Below, one piece after another: positions 51,790-61,239 of a DNA stretch of 64,000 nucleotides; positions within the stretch are counted from its first letter, which is position 1, and every line of letters starts with the position of its first letter. The notes beneath the pieces are model-generated. The model was not told the DNA's origin and searched no databases. It saw only the letters and a list, made by a program, of their open reading frames with translations. Source of the DNA: a virus (Duplodnaviria; Caudoviricetes); the IMG/VR virus record IMGVR_UViG_2802429318_000001, positions 1-64,000 of that record. One strand, written 5' to 3'. The translations under genes and the position numbers were made by a program.

Positions 51790-53238
51790 GTGGCGTCTCC
51801 GGACTACTCCGACGGCTGCATGATCGCCCTCTACCCCCCACCCGAACTCGCGCAGGCGCTCGCAGTCGACGACGGTCTCCCGGCAGAGGAAATGCACGTC
51901 ACTGTCGCCTACCTCGGTGACGCCGCCGACGTCGACGGTGACGCGCTCCGCGAGATCGTCGCAGCTCTCGCCGAGCGCCAGCCGTTCACAGCCCAGCTCG
52001 CCGGACACGCCCGGTTCACGGGCGGCGACAAGGACGTCATCGTCGCCCTCGTCGACTCGCCTGACCTCGAAGACCTCCGCCGAGACACTCTCGACGCCCT
52101 CCAGGAACGCGGAATCCAACCACCGCGCGACCACGGGTTCACAGCCCACCTCACGATCACCTATCTCGACCCCGACGACGAGGCCCCCCTCGACCGACTC
52201 GGCGCGCAGCAGGTCGAGTTCACGGCCATTGCCGCCGTCCACGGCACCGACCGCACAGACCACACGCTGGAGCATCCGATCACCGGGCCCGCGCGCGAAG
52301 CCTTCGCCGCCGGCTGGGCACTGTCCGGCGGCCCGATGACCGAGCGGGTGAAGGCAGCCAGCACCGCCGCCGTCCAGACCGCGATCGAGCGCGCGAACGA
52401 CCCGCACATCCTCGAAGTCACCATCGACCTCGGCCGCCTGGAAGGCATGTGGGCCAAGCTGTTCGGCCGCCGCGAGGAGAAACAGGCCGAGCACACCAGG
52501 CTCGTCACCGACGCCTGGCGGGACCTCATCAACCGCGACGCCGTGACGGTCATGGTCGACCGGTTCCGCAGCCAGGCCAACCTCACCGAAGGCGTCCGGG
52601 ACTTCCTCAGCGACGCGCTCGCCGCCGCCCGCAGCATGCTTGGCGCGCTCGCCGACCTCACCGGCTGGACCAAGGTGCGCCAGACGATCCGCGACGCCAT
52701 CGCCGCCGGGAACGCCGAGGGCATGGTCAACGCGGTGGCCATCGCCGCCGAACGTGCAGCCCTCCTCGGCCTGGACTGGAACCTCGCCTTCAGCGACGCC
52801 TACGAATCCCTCGCCCGCCTCGACGAACTGTGGGGCAACGCGGACGGCTGGCTCGGCCGGACAGTCGACCGCGCGGCCGACGACCTCGGCAAGGCCCTCT
52901 CCCAGGCGGCAGAGGACGGAGCCTCCCGCGACGAGATGATCGACGCCGCCATGGACATCCTCGCCTCCGAGGACGTCGACGCGGTCGCCTTCGTCGTCGA
53001 CTGGGCGATGACCGCCGCCGCCGACGACGGCGCGCTGCGCCTCTACCGCTCCGAGGGCGTTCAGCAGATCGACGTCATCACCGCAGGCGACGGCCGCGTC
53101 TGCGAGAGCTGCATCGACTACGAGGCCGGAAGCCCCTGGCCGACGCTCGACGTGCCCCGACTGCCCACCCATCCCGTCTGCCGCTGCTGCTACGCCGCGG
53201 CCATGTCCCTGTCGAATTTCGCGAGCTGGTTCGCATGA
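51790..53238 (+). CDS. 2H phosphoesterase (2'-5' RNA ligase-like) fused to a MuF-like minor head domain
   Basis: HVTVAY and HLTITY 2H motifs; C-terminal DGRVCESC...PTHPVCRC. Confidence 0.85.
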   Translation: MASPDYSDGCMIALYPPPELAQALAVDDGLPAEEMHVTVAYLGDAADVDGDALREIVAALAERQPFTAQLAGHARFTGGDKDVIVALVDSPDLEDLRRDTLDALQERGIQPPRDHGFTAHLTITYLDPDDEAPLDRLGAQQVEFTAIAAVHGTDRTDHTLEHPITGPAREAFAAGWALSGGPMTERVKAASTAAVQTAIERANDPHILEVTIDLGRLEGMWAKLFGRREEKQAEHTRLVTDAWRDLINRDAVTVMVDRFRSQANLTEGVRDFLSDALAAARSMLGALADLTGWTKVRQTIRDAIAAGNAEGMVNAVAIAAERAALLGLDWNLAFSDAYESLARLDELWGNADGWLGRTVDRAADDLGKALSQAAEDGASRDEMIDAAMDILASEDVDAVAFVVDWAMTAAADDGALRLYRSEGVQQIDVITAGDGRVCESCIDYEAGSPWPTLDVPRLPTHPVCRCCYAAAMSLSNFASWFA

Positions 53239-53248
53239 GGAGGCTGCC

Positions 53249-53650
53249 GTGAGCGGCGCGCACTACCCTTCCGCCCGCACGCTGTGGACCCTCGCGGGCA
53301 ACGGCGTGAGTACCACGCTGAGCGGCGCCGGATCGGCGAACAGCGGCTCCATCAACATCACCGACGTCGCGGACCTGTGGCTCGCCGTCTACGTCGCAGG
53401 GACCTCGACGGGCACCACCCCCACCCTCGACGTTCAGATCGACGTCCAGGACCCAGCCGGGAACTGGTTCGCCCAGGTCGCCAAGACCGTGCAGCTCACG
53501 AGCAGCCCGAACTTCACCAACACGTCCTGCGGCCTGCACATCGGCGGCCTCGGCTCGATGGTGCTGCCGAACATCTGCCGCGTCGTGTGGACGGTCGGCG
53601 GCACCAACCCGGTCTTCCCGCAGGCCGCGATCTCGCTGATCGGGAGGTGA
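53249..53650 (+). CDS. beta-rich putative virion protein
   Basis: GAGGAGG RBS; lies within the head module. Confidence 0.65.
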   Translation: MSGAHYPSARTLWTLAGNGVSTTLSGAGSANSGSINITDVADLWLAVYVAGTSTGTTPTLDVQIDVQDPAGNWFAQVAKTVQLTSSPNFTNTSCGLHIGGLGSMVLPNICRVVWTVGGTNPVFPQAAISLIGR

Positions 53651-53652
53651 CC

Positions 53653-55401
53653 ATGGCTGCTCGCATCGGCACGATCTCCGGCATCGCCCTCGTCCCCGGC
53701 GTCTCCCGCAACGGGCGCCTCTACTCCGCCGAGAGCATCGGCCGGGCCTGCACCCGGGCCACTGCGCGCATCGACGAGAGCGGCGCACCGCTGACGATGC
53801 TCACCCACCACGCGGCCGACGACGACTCCACCCAGATCGTCGGCCGGCTGACCTCGCTCGTGCAGCTCGACGACGGGCGCGCCCGCTACACGGCCGACCT
53901 CGCCGACACCGAAGAGGCGCGCACGATCGCCAACCTCGTGGACGACACCGACGGGCCGCCCTACCTCGACGGTGTTTCGATCCGCGGCGCCTGGGTCGGC
54001 AAGGTACGGCGGCAACCGGGCCCGGACGGGGTGCAGGTGGAGACGGCCGACGACCTGGAGATCGACGGTCTCGACTTCACTCGGAAGCCCGGCGTGATCG
54101 GCGCGCGGGTCGAAGGCTTCACCCGCGAGGGCACCAGCGCCCCGGCGGAGAACGCGCCCGAGGGACGGGTGCTCATCACCGAGTCAGTACAGGAGGCGCT
54201 GGTGCAGACCACCATCGACGAGGCCGACGCTGGGACGGGCGACGCGCCGCCGTCCGGCGACGGGCCGTACGCCGATCCCGGCTACCAGTCGGACAAGAAG
54301 AAGCGGTACGACCTCTCGACCAAGGCAAAGGCCAAGGCCGCTTGGTCGTACATCGGCCAGGCGGACAACGCCCGCCTCTACTCGTCCGCCCAGCTCAAGC
54401 GCATCAAGCAGCGCATCACCAAGGCACTCAAGGCCTTCGGCGTCACGGTCGCCACGCAGGAGGGCTGGCTGATCGAGCCCGCCTCCGCGGTGAGCGAGAC
54501 GCTCGCCGAGTGCTGGGGCATGGACTCCAAGGACGCCGGCAACCTGTACGTCAGCCTCACCAACGGGCCGACGACGGTCACCGTCTCCTCGTACTCGCTC
54601 GACCCCCACGATCTGGACGCCGTCGGCCGTGCAGCCATGGCGGGCGCCGTGCAGGCCATCATCGCCATCGACCCTGACCTCGACGCCGACGTGGACGTCC
54701 CCGGGCAGCCCGGCGACGACACCCCGGCGGCGAGCGCGGCCGGCGCGGTGTGCCCGTGCGGCTGCGGATGCGCGGTCCCGGACACCCCCGGCGGCTGCCC
54801 GTGCAAGTGCGCCGCCGGTGACTGCCAGCACTGCATGGGCGAAGACGACGGCGACGCGACGGAGTCCGCCCCCACACAGACCTCGGCGCCGGAGACACCG
54901 GCCGCCGACAACCCCACCCGAGAAGAAGAGGAGGGGCCCGCCATGGCGGAGTCCACCACCCAGGCGGCCGAGACCGCTGCCGTCCCCGCCGCTGGTGGGG
55001 TCCACCTGTCCGACGCGCAGTTCGCGCAGCTCCTCGACCGCATCGCACCGCCTCCGGTGGCGCCCGCGGCTGCGACAGAGTCCGCGCCGGCCGAGCAGGT
55101 CGCCGAGACTCAGGTCGCGGCCACCGAGGTCACTGAGACCGAGGACCAGCGCATCGCTCGCCTGGTCGCAGAGGGCGTCGCCGCAGCGCTGCCTAAGGCG
55201 ATCCAGGAGCACGTCGCCACCACCGGCGGCCCGGCCCGCAAGGGCCTCGTCCCGCAGGTCTCCGAGACCGCCGGGGGCGCGGCCGACGCGCAGACCCTGC
55301 CCGAGGGCGCGCCCGACAAGCCGCTCCACGAGTACACGCCGGAGGAGTGGAGCAAGCACATCGCCCCCGTGACCACCGGCGCGATCTTCCAGGGCCGCTG
55401 A
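53653..55401 (+). CDS. capsid maturation protease fused to a DUF6582-like domain and scaffold
   Basis: SRNGRLYS, HH, GVSIRG, DF..KPG; YADPGYQSDKKKRY...AAWSYI; acidic Ala-rich scaffold tail. Confidence 0.85.
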   Translation: MAARIGTISGIALVPGVSRNGRLYSAESIGRACTRATARIDESGAPLTMLTHHAADDDSTQIVGRLTSLVQLDDGRARYTADLADTEEARTIANLVDDTDGPPYLDGVSIRGAWVGKVRRQPGPDGVQVETADDLEIDGLDFTRKPGVIGARVEGFTREGTSAPAENAPEGRVLITESVQEALVQTTIDEADAGTGDAPPSGDGPYADPGYQSDKKKRYDLSTKAKAKAAWSYIGQADNARLYSSAQLKRIKQRITKALKAFGVTVATQEGWLIEPASAVSETLAECWGMDSKDAGNLYVSLTNGPTTVTVSSYSLDPHDLDAVGRAAMAGAVQAIIAIDPDLDADVDVPGQPGDDTPAASAAGAVCPCGCGCAVPDTPGGCPCKCAAGDCQHCMGEDDGDATESAPTQTSAPETPAADNPTREEEEGPAMAESTTQAAETAAVPAAGGVHLSDAQFAQLLDRIAPPPVAPAAATESAPAEQVAETQVAATEVTETEDQRIARLVAEGVAAALPKAIQEHVATTGGPARKGLVPQVSETAGGAADAQTLPEGAPDKPLHEYTPEEWSKHIAPVTTGAIFQGR

Positions 55402-55548
55402 CCTCCGACGCCCCAGGCGTCCCCTGAACCACCCTGACCGCCAGCAGTCTGCTGGTGCCGACACGGCAGTGATGGTCGCCCAGCCCCGCCGCACCCCCTT
55501 CGTGCGCGGGGCTTCGCCATGTCCCCACCAGCCCAAAGAGGCATCAGC

Positions 55549-56919
55549 ATGAGCACAAACGAACTCCGCGAGGCGCTGACCGCCTCCGGCGCATCCCCGC
55601 TTGTCCCCACGATCGTCGACCCGATGCTGCTGGAGTACCAGCGGCGCTACTCCCCGCTGGTCCGGTCGATCCCGACCACCAAGTGGGACTCGACGGTCTA
55701 CTACTTCAACCAGCGGACCGCCCGCGCGGCCGGCGGGTTCGTCACGGACGGCGGCGCCCGCCCGGTCTCCAACTCCACGTACGTGCAGAACTCGTACACC
55801 ATCCGCAACATGCAGGCCGTGGGCGCCGTCACCGGCTACGCCCAGGCCGTCACCAAGGGCCTCATCGGCGACCTGAAGCAGCAGGAAGTCGAAGGCGCCA
55901 TCCAGGGCCTGTACTGGGACATCGAGACCGCCATCCTCTGGGGCAACCAGGGATCCACCTCGCTCGGCGCCTACCCGCAGTTCGACGGCCTCGACACCCT
56001 CGCGTCCACGTTCTCCGGCAACAGCCAGAACGCGATCGACATCAACGCCGCGATGTCGCTGGGCACCCTGGACCGCCTCATCGACATGGTCGAGCAGCAG
56101 TCCGCGATGGGCGTCTACGACTCCCAGTGGATGCTCGTCATGAGCTCCACCGCAGCCTCCAAGGTGTCCCAGCTGCTTCAGGCTCAGCAGCGCTTCCAGG
56201 GACAGATCCAGGTCGCGGCCGGCCTGAACGTGCCGTCCTACCGGGACATCCCGATCATCAAGACGTCGTTCCTGTCCGCCCGGTCCTACGGCATGGGCAC
56301 CGTCACCACGGGAACCGCCACCACCGGCGGCACCCTCGCCGCGGCCACGTACTACTACCAGATCGTCCCGGTCATCGCCCGCCAGGGCGAGATCCTCCCC
56401 TCCACCGAGGTCTCCCAGGCCACCACCGGCAGCACCAGCACGGTCACGCTGTCGTTCTCGACGCCGACCGGCCTCGACGGCTCCCAGCCCAACCTCTACA
56501 AGGTCTACCGCAGCACCAGCACGGGTGCGGAGACCCTCCTCGGCTACGTCGACGCCTGCGTCGGCCTCGCCGCCGACGGCGTCACCCCGGTGCTCACCAC
56601 GAGCATCGTCGACGACGGCACCAAGCTCACCCCGAAGAACGGCTCCACCGTCCCCGCCCAGGGTCCGGCCGCCTACGTCGGTACCAACTCGTCGGCGAAG
56701 CCGTCCGCCACGGGCCAGGAGTCCATCTACCTGATGGCCCGCGACAAGAACTTCGTCACCCGCCCCTACGTGCGCGAGCTGTCCCCGCTGGACGTCTACC
56801 CGACCACGTCGGGCCCCGACCAGCTGCCGTTCGCGATCGCCTCGGACACCTGCCTCGCCGTCCGGGCCCCGAAGTTCCTGGGCCGCGCGGCCCGCGTCAC
56901 CACCACCCTGTCCAGCTGA
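55549..56919 (+). CDS. major capsid protein with an inserted Ig/FN3-like domain
   Basis: Follows the protease/scaffold; ETAILWGN...FDGL HK97-fold features; insertion TYYYQI...YKVYRS. Confidence 0.88.
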   Translation: MSTNELREALTASGASPLVPTIVDPMLLEYQRRYSPLVRSIPTTKWDSTVYYFNQRTARAAGGFVTDGGARPVSNSTYVQNSYTIRNMQAVGAVTGYAQAVTKGLIGDLKQQEVEGAIQGLYWDIETAILWGNQGSTSLGAYPQFDGLDTLASTFSGNSQNAIDINAAMSLGTLDRLIDMVEQQSAMGVYDSQWMLVMSSTAASKVSQLLQAQQRFQGQIQVAAGLNVPSYRDIPIIKTSFLSARSYGMGTVTTGTATTGGTLAAATYYYQIVPVIARQGEILPSTEVSQATTGSTSTVTLSFSTPTGLDGSQPNLYKVYRSTSTGAETLLGYVDACVGLAADGVTPVLTTSIVDDGTKLTPKNGSTVPAQGPAAYVGTNSSAKPSATGQESIYLMARDKNFVTRPYVRELSPLDVYPTTSGPDQLPFAIASDTCLAVRAPKFLGRAARVTTTLSS

Positions 56920-56985
56920 CCCCTGTGCGGCGCGCCACCCCGTCCGGGTGGCGCGCCCGCACCCCTACCGTGAGGAGTGCAGAGC

Positions 56986-57297
56986 ATGGCTCTCATTCGA
57001 AAGGCCGCGGCCGGCTCCGACTCGTACGGCCACGCCTGGCCTGAGGACGGCGCCGTCATCGAGATCGACGACCCCGAGCAGATCGCCTCCCTGATGGCGA
57101 TCCCCGACGGCGGCTTCAGCGAGGTCACCCCGGCCGACAGCGAGGACGACGACCCGCCGCAGGTGCCCGAGGACGACCCGGACCCCAAGAAGGAGCTCTC
57201 CGAGGTCGACCCGAACGCGCCCGCCGACGAGCCCGTCTCCAAGCCGCCGGCGAAGAAGGCCGCAGCCCGCAAGCCCGCCGCGTCGGTCCAGGAGTAG
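56986..57297 (+). CDS. hypothetical head-associated protein
   Basis: GAGGAG RBS; acidic/Lys-Ala tail. Confidence 0.7.
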   Translation: MALIRKAAAGSDSYGHAWPEDGAVIEIDDPEQIASLMAIPDGGFSEVTPADSEDDDPPQVPEDDPDPKKELSEVDPNAPADEPVSKPPAKKAAARKPAASVQE

Positions 57298-57300
57298 CCC

Positions 57301-57969
57301 GTGGCCGCGGACTCACCCATCCCGCTCGCCACCAGTGCGGACATGCAGGGCGGGCAGTTCGCGGACCTCGTGCGCGACTACGCCGCCCCGGAACTCGACC
57401 AGCTCATGGTCGAATCCACCCGCGTCTGCGAGGGCATCGCCGGCCGCCGCCTGGCGCCGTTCACCGGCGTCCCGGAGACGCACCGGGCGACGGGCATCGA
57501 CCCGGACGAGTACACCGACGCCGCGAGCATGCCGCTCGACCTCCAGGGCACACTGGGCCGTTCCTACTCGGATGCCCTCGGCCCCGGGGACCAGGTGCGG
57601 CACTGCTGGCTCAACGAATTCGCCCCTCGCTACCCGGAGATGTGGACGTACGCCAACCTCCAGGTGACGATCCTCCGCTCCTACGGCGGGACATCGGACC
57701 TGGCCCCGGCGAGCATCCTCGGCGCCGAGCCCGACAGCGGGCACATCTGGTTCACGCTCGGTACGTTCCTGCCGCTCGGCTCCTTGATCCGCCTGACCTA
57801 CGACGGCGGCTACACCACCACACCGGCTGACCTGGGCCGTGCCTGCAAGCTGCAGGCAGCAGTCCTCGTGCTCGCTGAAATCGACCCCGGCGGCAACCAG
57901 TTCGGCCACGACCCGGGAGCCCTGTCCGCCCAGGCCGAGAAGATCCTCTGCCGCTACCAGCCGAGCTGA
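57301..57969 (+). CDS. head-to-tail adaptor
   Basis: Position; LTYDGGYTTTPADLGRAC motif. Confidence 0.75.
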   Translation: MAADSPIPLATSADMQGGQFADLVRDYAAPELDQLMVESTRVCEGIAGRRLAPFTGVPETHRATGIDPDEYTDAASMPLDLQGTLGRSYSDALGPGDQVRHCWLNEFAPRYPEMWTYANLQVTILRSYGGTSDLAPASILGAEPDSGHIWFTLGTFLPLGSLIRLTYDGGYTTTPADLGRACKLQAAVLVLAEIDPGGNQFGHDPGALSAQAEKILCRYQPS

Positions 57970-57981
57970 CGGGAGGTCGCG

Positions 57982-58473
57982 GTGAGCTCAGCGGACGCAG
58001 TGTCTCGCGAGACGGCCTGGCTGCAGGCCTACGACGTGAACGACGGACTGCCCGGCCTGCTCAAGACCAACGGCGGCCCGTTCGACGTGGTGCAGGCATA
58101 CGTGCCGAGGACCGGCGCGCAGCGGCAGTCGCGGCTGTACGTCACGCGGCCCAACCTGCGGGTGGAGTCCTTCGGCTTCAACCGCAAGATCGACCACCAC
58201 ATGTTCCTGCTCCGCCTGTACTGGCCGCAGTCCTCCTCGTCGGGCCAAGCCGAGTCCGTGCAGCAGGACTTCGACGACGCAGTCGCCCTGGTCGTGCAGC
58301 GCATCTCCGGTCTCTTCGGCGACAAGACCCACGGCGCGAGATTCCTCAGCGTCGCCGAAGACCCCAGCTCGATCGACGTGCAGTTCGCCGACCCGGAACA
58401 GTCCATGCAGGCCCGCTCCGAACTCACGGCGACCATCACCTACCGCGCGGACGACAAGGACTACACCTCCTGA
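57982..58473 (+). CDS. tail terminator-like protein
   Basis: Position before the tail tube; GGAGG RBS. Confidence 0.65.
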   Translation: MSSADAVSRETAWLQAYDVNDGLPGLLKTNGGPFDVVQAYVPRTGAQRQSRLYVTRPNLRVESFGFNRKIDHHMFLLRLYWPQSSSSGQAESVQQDFDDAVALVVQRISGLFGDKTHGARFLSVAEDPSSIDVQFADPEQSMQARSELTATITYRADDKDYTS

Positions 58474-58553
58474 CCCGCCGCCCTTGCGCTTCCCCTTCTC
58501 CGGCCCCGGCAGCGGGGCCTTTCTCATTCCCCGCCCCGCCGCAGGAGTTCACC

Positions 58554-58814
58554 GTGCCCCAGGAATCCACCGCACCGCCGCCCGTCCGGCAGCGCAACAC
58601 CACCCCCTACCCCTACAGCGTCGCCGAGACCGAGGCCCACCCGGCCTACGCCGTACTGCCGGGCGACGTCGCCGAGTTCCCCGCACTCCTCGACGGCTGG
58701 ACCGCCGTCGGTGACGAGCCCGAGCCGGCCGCCGACGACGCCGCGGCCAAGCCCCCCAGGAAGCGCGCCGCCGCGGCGGACACCGACACGAAGGACGGAG
58801 GTGACCCGCGGTGA
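58554..58814 (+). CDS. small hypothetical protein
   Basis: AGGAG RBS; coupled to the tail tube gene. Confidence 0.65.
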   Translation: MPQESTAPPPVRQRNTTPYPYSVAETEAHPAYAVLPGDVAEFPALLDGWTAVGDEPEPAADDAAAKPPRKRAAAADTDTKDGGDPR

Positions 58815-59974
58815 CGCTGCTGTCCCGGCTCGGATACGTGGGCCTCGCCAAGGAGGTCACCCAGGGCACCTGGGTGACGCCCTCGTACTACCTGGCCTGC
58901 ACGAAGATGGACTTCGAGGTCTCCTACGACCAGCTGCGCGACGAGTCCTACCGCAACAACGACTCGAACCTCCAGGGCCTCTACCAGGGCGCTGGCGACA
59001 GCTCGGTGGACCTGGAGTTCAACGGCTACCCGGACGCGCTGGGCTACGCACTGCGGATCATCGGCCCGGACACCGTCTCCGCAGGTGTGTCGACCACGCT
59101 CTCTTCGTCGACCACGGCGGGCGCGACGTCGATCAGCGTGGCGGCCACGATCCCCGCAGGCTCCACGATCATGATCGATACCGGGTCCAAGGTCGAGTTC
59201 GCGACCACGGGCACCCCCACCGGTTCGGGCCCGTACACGATCCCGATCAGCGCCCCCGCGACCGGCCTCACCTACGCCCACAACTCCGCTGTCGCCGTCG
59301 TGTCGCAGACCACGCACACCTTCAAGCAGAGCGCGACCGCAGCGAAGCCGACGTACTCGCTGACCCAGTCGAACGTGCTCGAGGCGTGGGGCTACCCCGG
59401 GCAGATGCTGTCCGACGTACAGCTCAAGGTCGACCCGAAGGGCATCGTCACCTGCGGCGCCAAGTACATCGGCTGGATCCCCGCCATCCAGGCGGGCCCG
59501 TTCACCCCGGCGTTCGCGCAGCCGGCGCCGCTGCTGGGATGGCAGTTCGCCATGACCAACGCTGGCGCCTCGTCGACCCGTGGCCTGTCCTACGACATCA
59601 CGCTGAAGCGGCCGGTCGAGGCGATCCACGCGTCGAACGGGACCCAGCAGCCGCGCGAGGTGTTCTCCGGCGTCCTCGACGCGGACATCACCTACAAGGC
59701 GATCTACGAGAACGACACCGACTACAACCTGTACCTGCAGGCCCTGCAGAACAACCCGACGTCGATGTCCCTCGTGCAGCCCGTCGGCGCCGGCGTCGAC
59801 GCGGCCGGATCCGCGCTCTCCATCACCACGACCCAGGGCGGCTGGTCCAAGGGCAAGCCCGAGGTCGGCGGCACCTACGTCACCGCCGACTTCAGCATCT
59901 CCGGCATCTACAACGCCACCGACAGCGGCAGCGTCCAGGCCGTCCTGAAGAACTTCGTCAGCACCGCGTACTGA
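58811..59974 (+). CDS. major tail tube protein
   Basis: YVGLAKEVTQGT N-terminus typical of tail tube proteins; beta-rich. Confidence 0.85.
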   Translation: MTLLSRLGYVGLAKEVTQGTWVTPSYYLACTKMDFEVSYDQLRDESYRNNDSNLQGLYQGAGDSSVDLEFNGYPDALGYALRIIGPDTVSAGVSTTLSSSTTAGATSISVAATIPAGSTIMIDTGSKVEFATTGTPTGSGPYTIPISAPATGLTYAHNSAVAVVSQTTHTFKQSATAAKPTYSLTQSNVLEAWGYPGQMLSDVQLKVDPKGIVTCGAKYIGWIPAIQAGPFTPAFAQPAPLLGWQFAMTNAGASSTRGLSYDITLKRPVEAIHASNGTQQPREVFSGVLDADITYKAIYENDTDYNLYLQALQNNPTSMSLVQPVGAGVDAAGSALSITTTQGGWSKGKPEVGGTYVTADFSISGIYNATDSGSVQAVLKNFVSTAY

Positions 59975-60070
59975 CGACTCATCTCCCCGGCCGTGCCCGT
60001 GCGTGAGGGCGTCACGCGCGCGGCCGGGGTCTCACGCCCTCAACGCCCTTATCGCGCAAGGAGAACCCTC

Positions 60071-60475
60071 GTGTCCGGTTACACCAATCCGTACGTCCTG
60101 CTCACCTTCCCGGAACTCGGGGAAGACGTCAGCGTGCTGATGAAGAACCCGCAGCTACTGCCGCCGTCCGAGATCCAGCCGGAGGATGTGCCCACGGACG
60201 AGGACGGGCAGCCCAAGGATCCGCAGGAAGCTCAGATGGCGATGTACCGGGTGATGGCCCGGCTGATCGTCGCCTGGAAGGTGTACGAAGCGTTCAACTC
60301 GGAAGTGCCCGTCGAGGTCGATCCCGAGGCCGATCCGGCCGAGCTGTTCGAGACCCTCGGCGCCGGAGAACAGCAGCGCCTCGGCAAGGTCACAGCGGAC
60401 AACGTCGGCCGTCTCCCGCTGGCCATCATCAACCGCATCGGTGAGGAGGTCGGCCGCGTTGCGGACCCTCGGTAG
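60071..60475 (+). CDS. tail assembly chaperone (G)
   Basis: After the tail tube; LIVAWKVY; AAGGAG RBS. Confidence 0.75.
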   Translation: MSGYTNPYVLLTFPELGEDVSVLMKNPQLLPPSEIQPEDVPTDEDGQPKDPQEAQMAMYRVMARLIVAWKVYEAFNSEVPVEVDPEADPAELFETLGAGEQQRLGKVTADNVGRLPLAIINRIGEEVGRVADPR

Positions 60476-60735
60476 GCCCGGGCTCCCCGTACTACGAGGA
60501 AGTCCTCCTCCCGGTCGAGTCCATCATCGAGGGCACGTGGGGCAGCGACAGTAGTCCGGCAGAGTGGGCCGACTTCGTCCTCATGCGCCGTATGCACTGG
60601 TCGTGGGAGCAGCTCCAGCAAACACCCGCCTACGTGCGGCGCTACACCCTCGACTTCCTCGGCATGATCGCCACCCACGAGGAGCAAGAGGCCGAACGCG
60701 AGCGATTCAAGGCGGAACGCCAGGCCCGGGGGTGA
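60463..60735 (+). CDS. tail assembly chaperone extension (T), probably read by -1 frameshift
   Basis: Open -1 frame across the G stop: ...ADFVLMRRMHWSWEQLQQTPAYVRRY...; no RBS/start of its own covering the 5' part. Confidence 0.65.
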   Translation, partial: GPSVGPGSPYYEEVLLPVESIIEGTWGSDSSPAEWADFVLMRRMHWSWEQLQQTPAYVRRYTLDFLGMIATHEEQEAERERFKAERQARG

Positions 60736-60739
60736 CGCC

Positions 60740-61198
60740 ATGCCAGAGCTGCGTCCCGGGAGCTTCACCGCGGTCTTCGCGCGCCTCGACGAGCACGGCC
60801 GCGTCCGGGGCCGCATCGCCCTCGAACCGGTCGCCCTCGCGATCGAACGGCAGGCGAAGATCAACGCCTCCGTCGGCGCCCACCGGCCGCGAACACCGAC
60901 ACCGGCCCGCCCAGGCACCGGCCCCGCCGTGATCTCAGGCACCCTGCGGCGCTCCATCACCCACAGCCCGATCATCCAGACCGGCACCGGCTGGACCACC
61001 CGCGTCGGCACCGGGGTCGGCTTCACCCCGCCCTATGGCAAGACCCCCGCCAACAAGTACGGGCTCTACCTGGAAACCGGCCTCAAAAACGGGGCCACCT
61101 ACCCCTTCCTAGCGCCCGCCTACCGCTTCGTCATCCACACCGTGGCCCCGCAGATCTACCGCGCCGCCTACGGAACCGGCTGGAAGCACGTCATCTGA
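60740..61198 (+). CDS. HK97 gp10-like neck/tail-completion protein
   Basis: PAVISGTLRRSI, YGLYLETG and YPFLAPA motifs. Confidence 0.75.
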   Translation: MPELRPGSFTAVFARLDEHGRVRGRIALEPVALAIERQAKINASVGAHRPRTPTPARPGTGPAVISGTLRRSITHSPIIQTGTGWTTRVGTGVGFTPPYGKTPANKYGLYLETGLKNGATYPFLAPAYRFVIHTVAPQIYRAAYGTGWKHVI

Positions 61199-61239
61199 CC
61201 AGCCAACACCCCGCCTGATCAACGCAATGGAGGTGGGGC

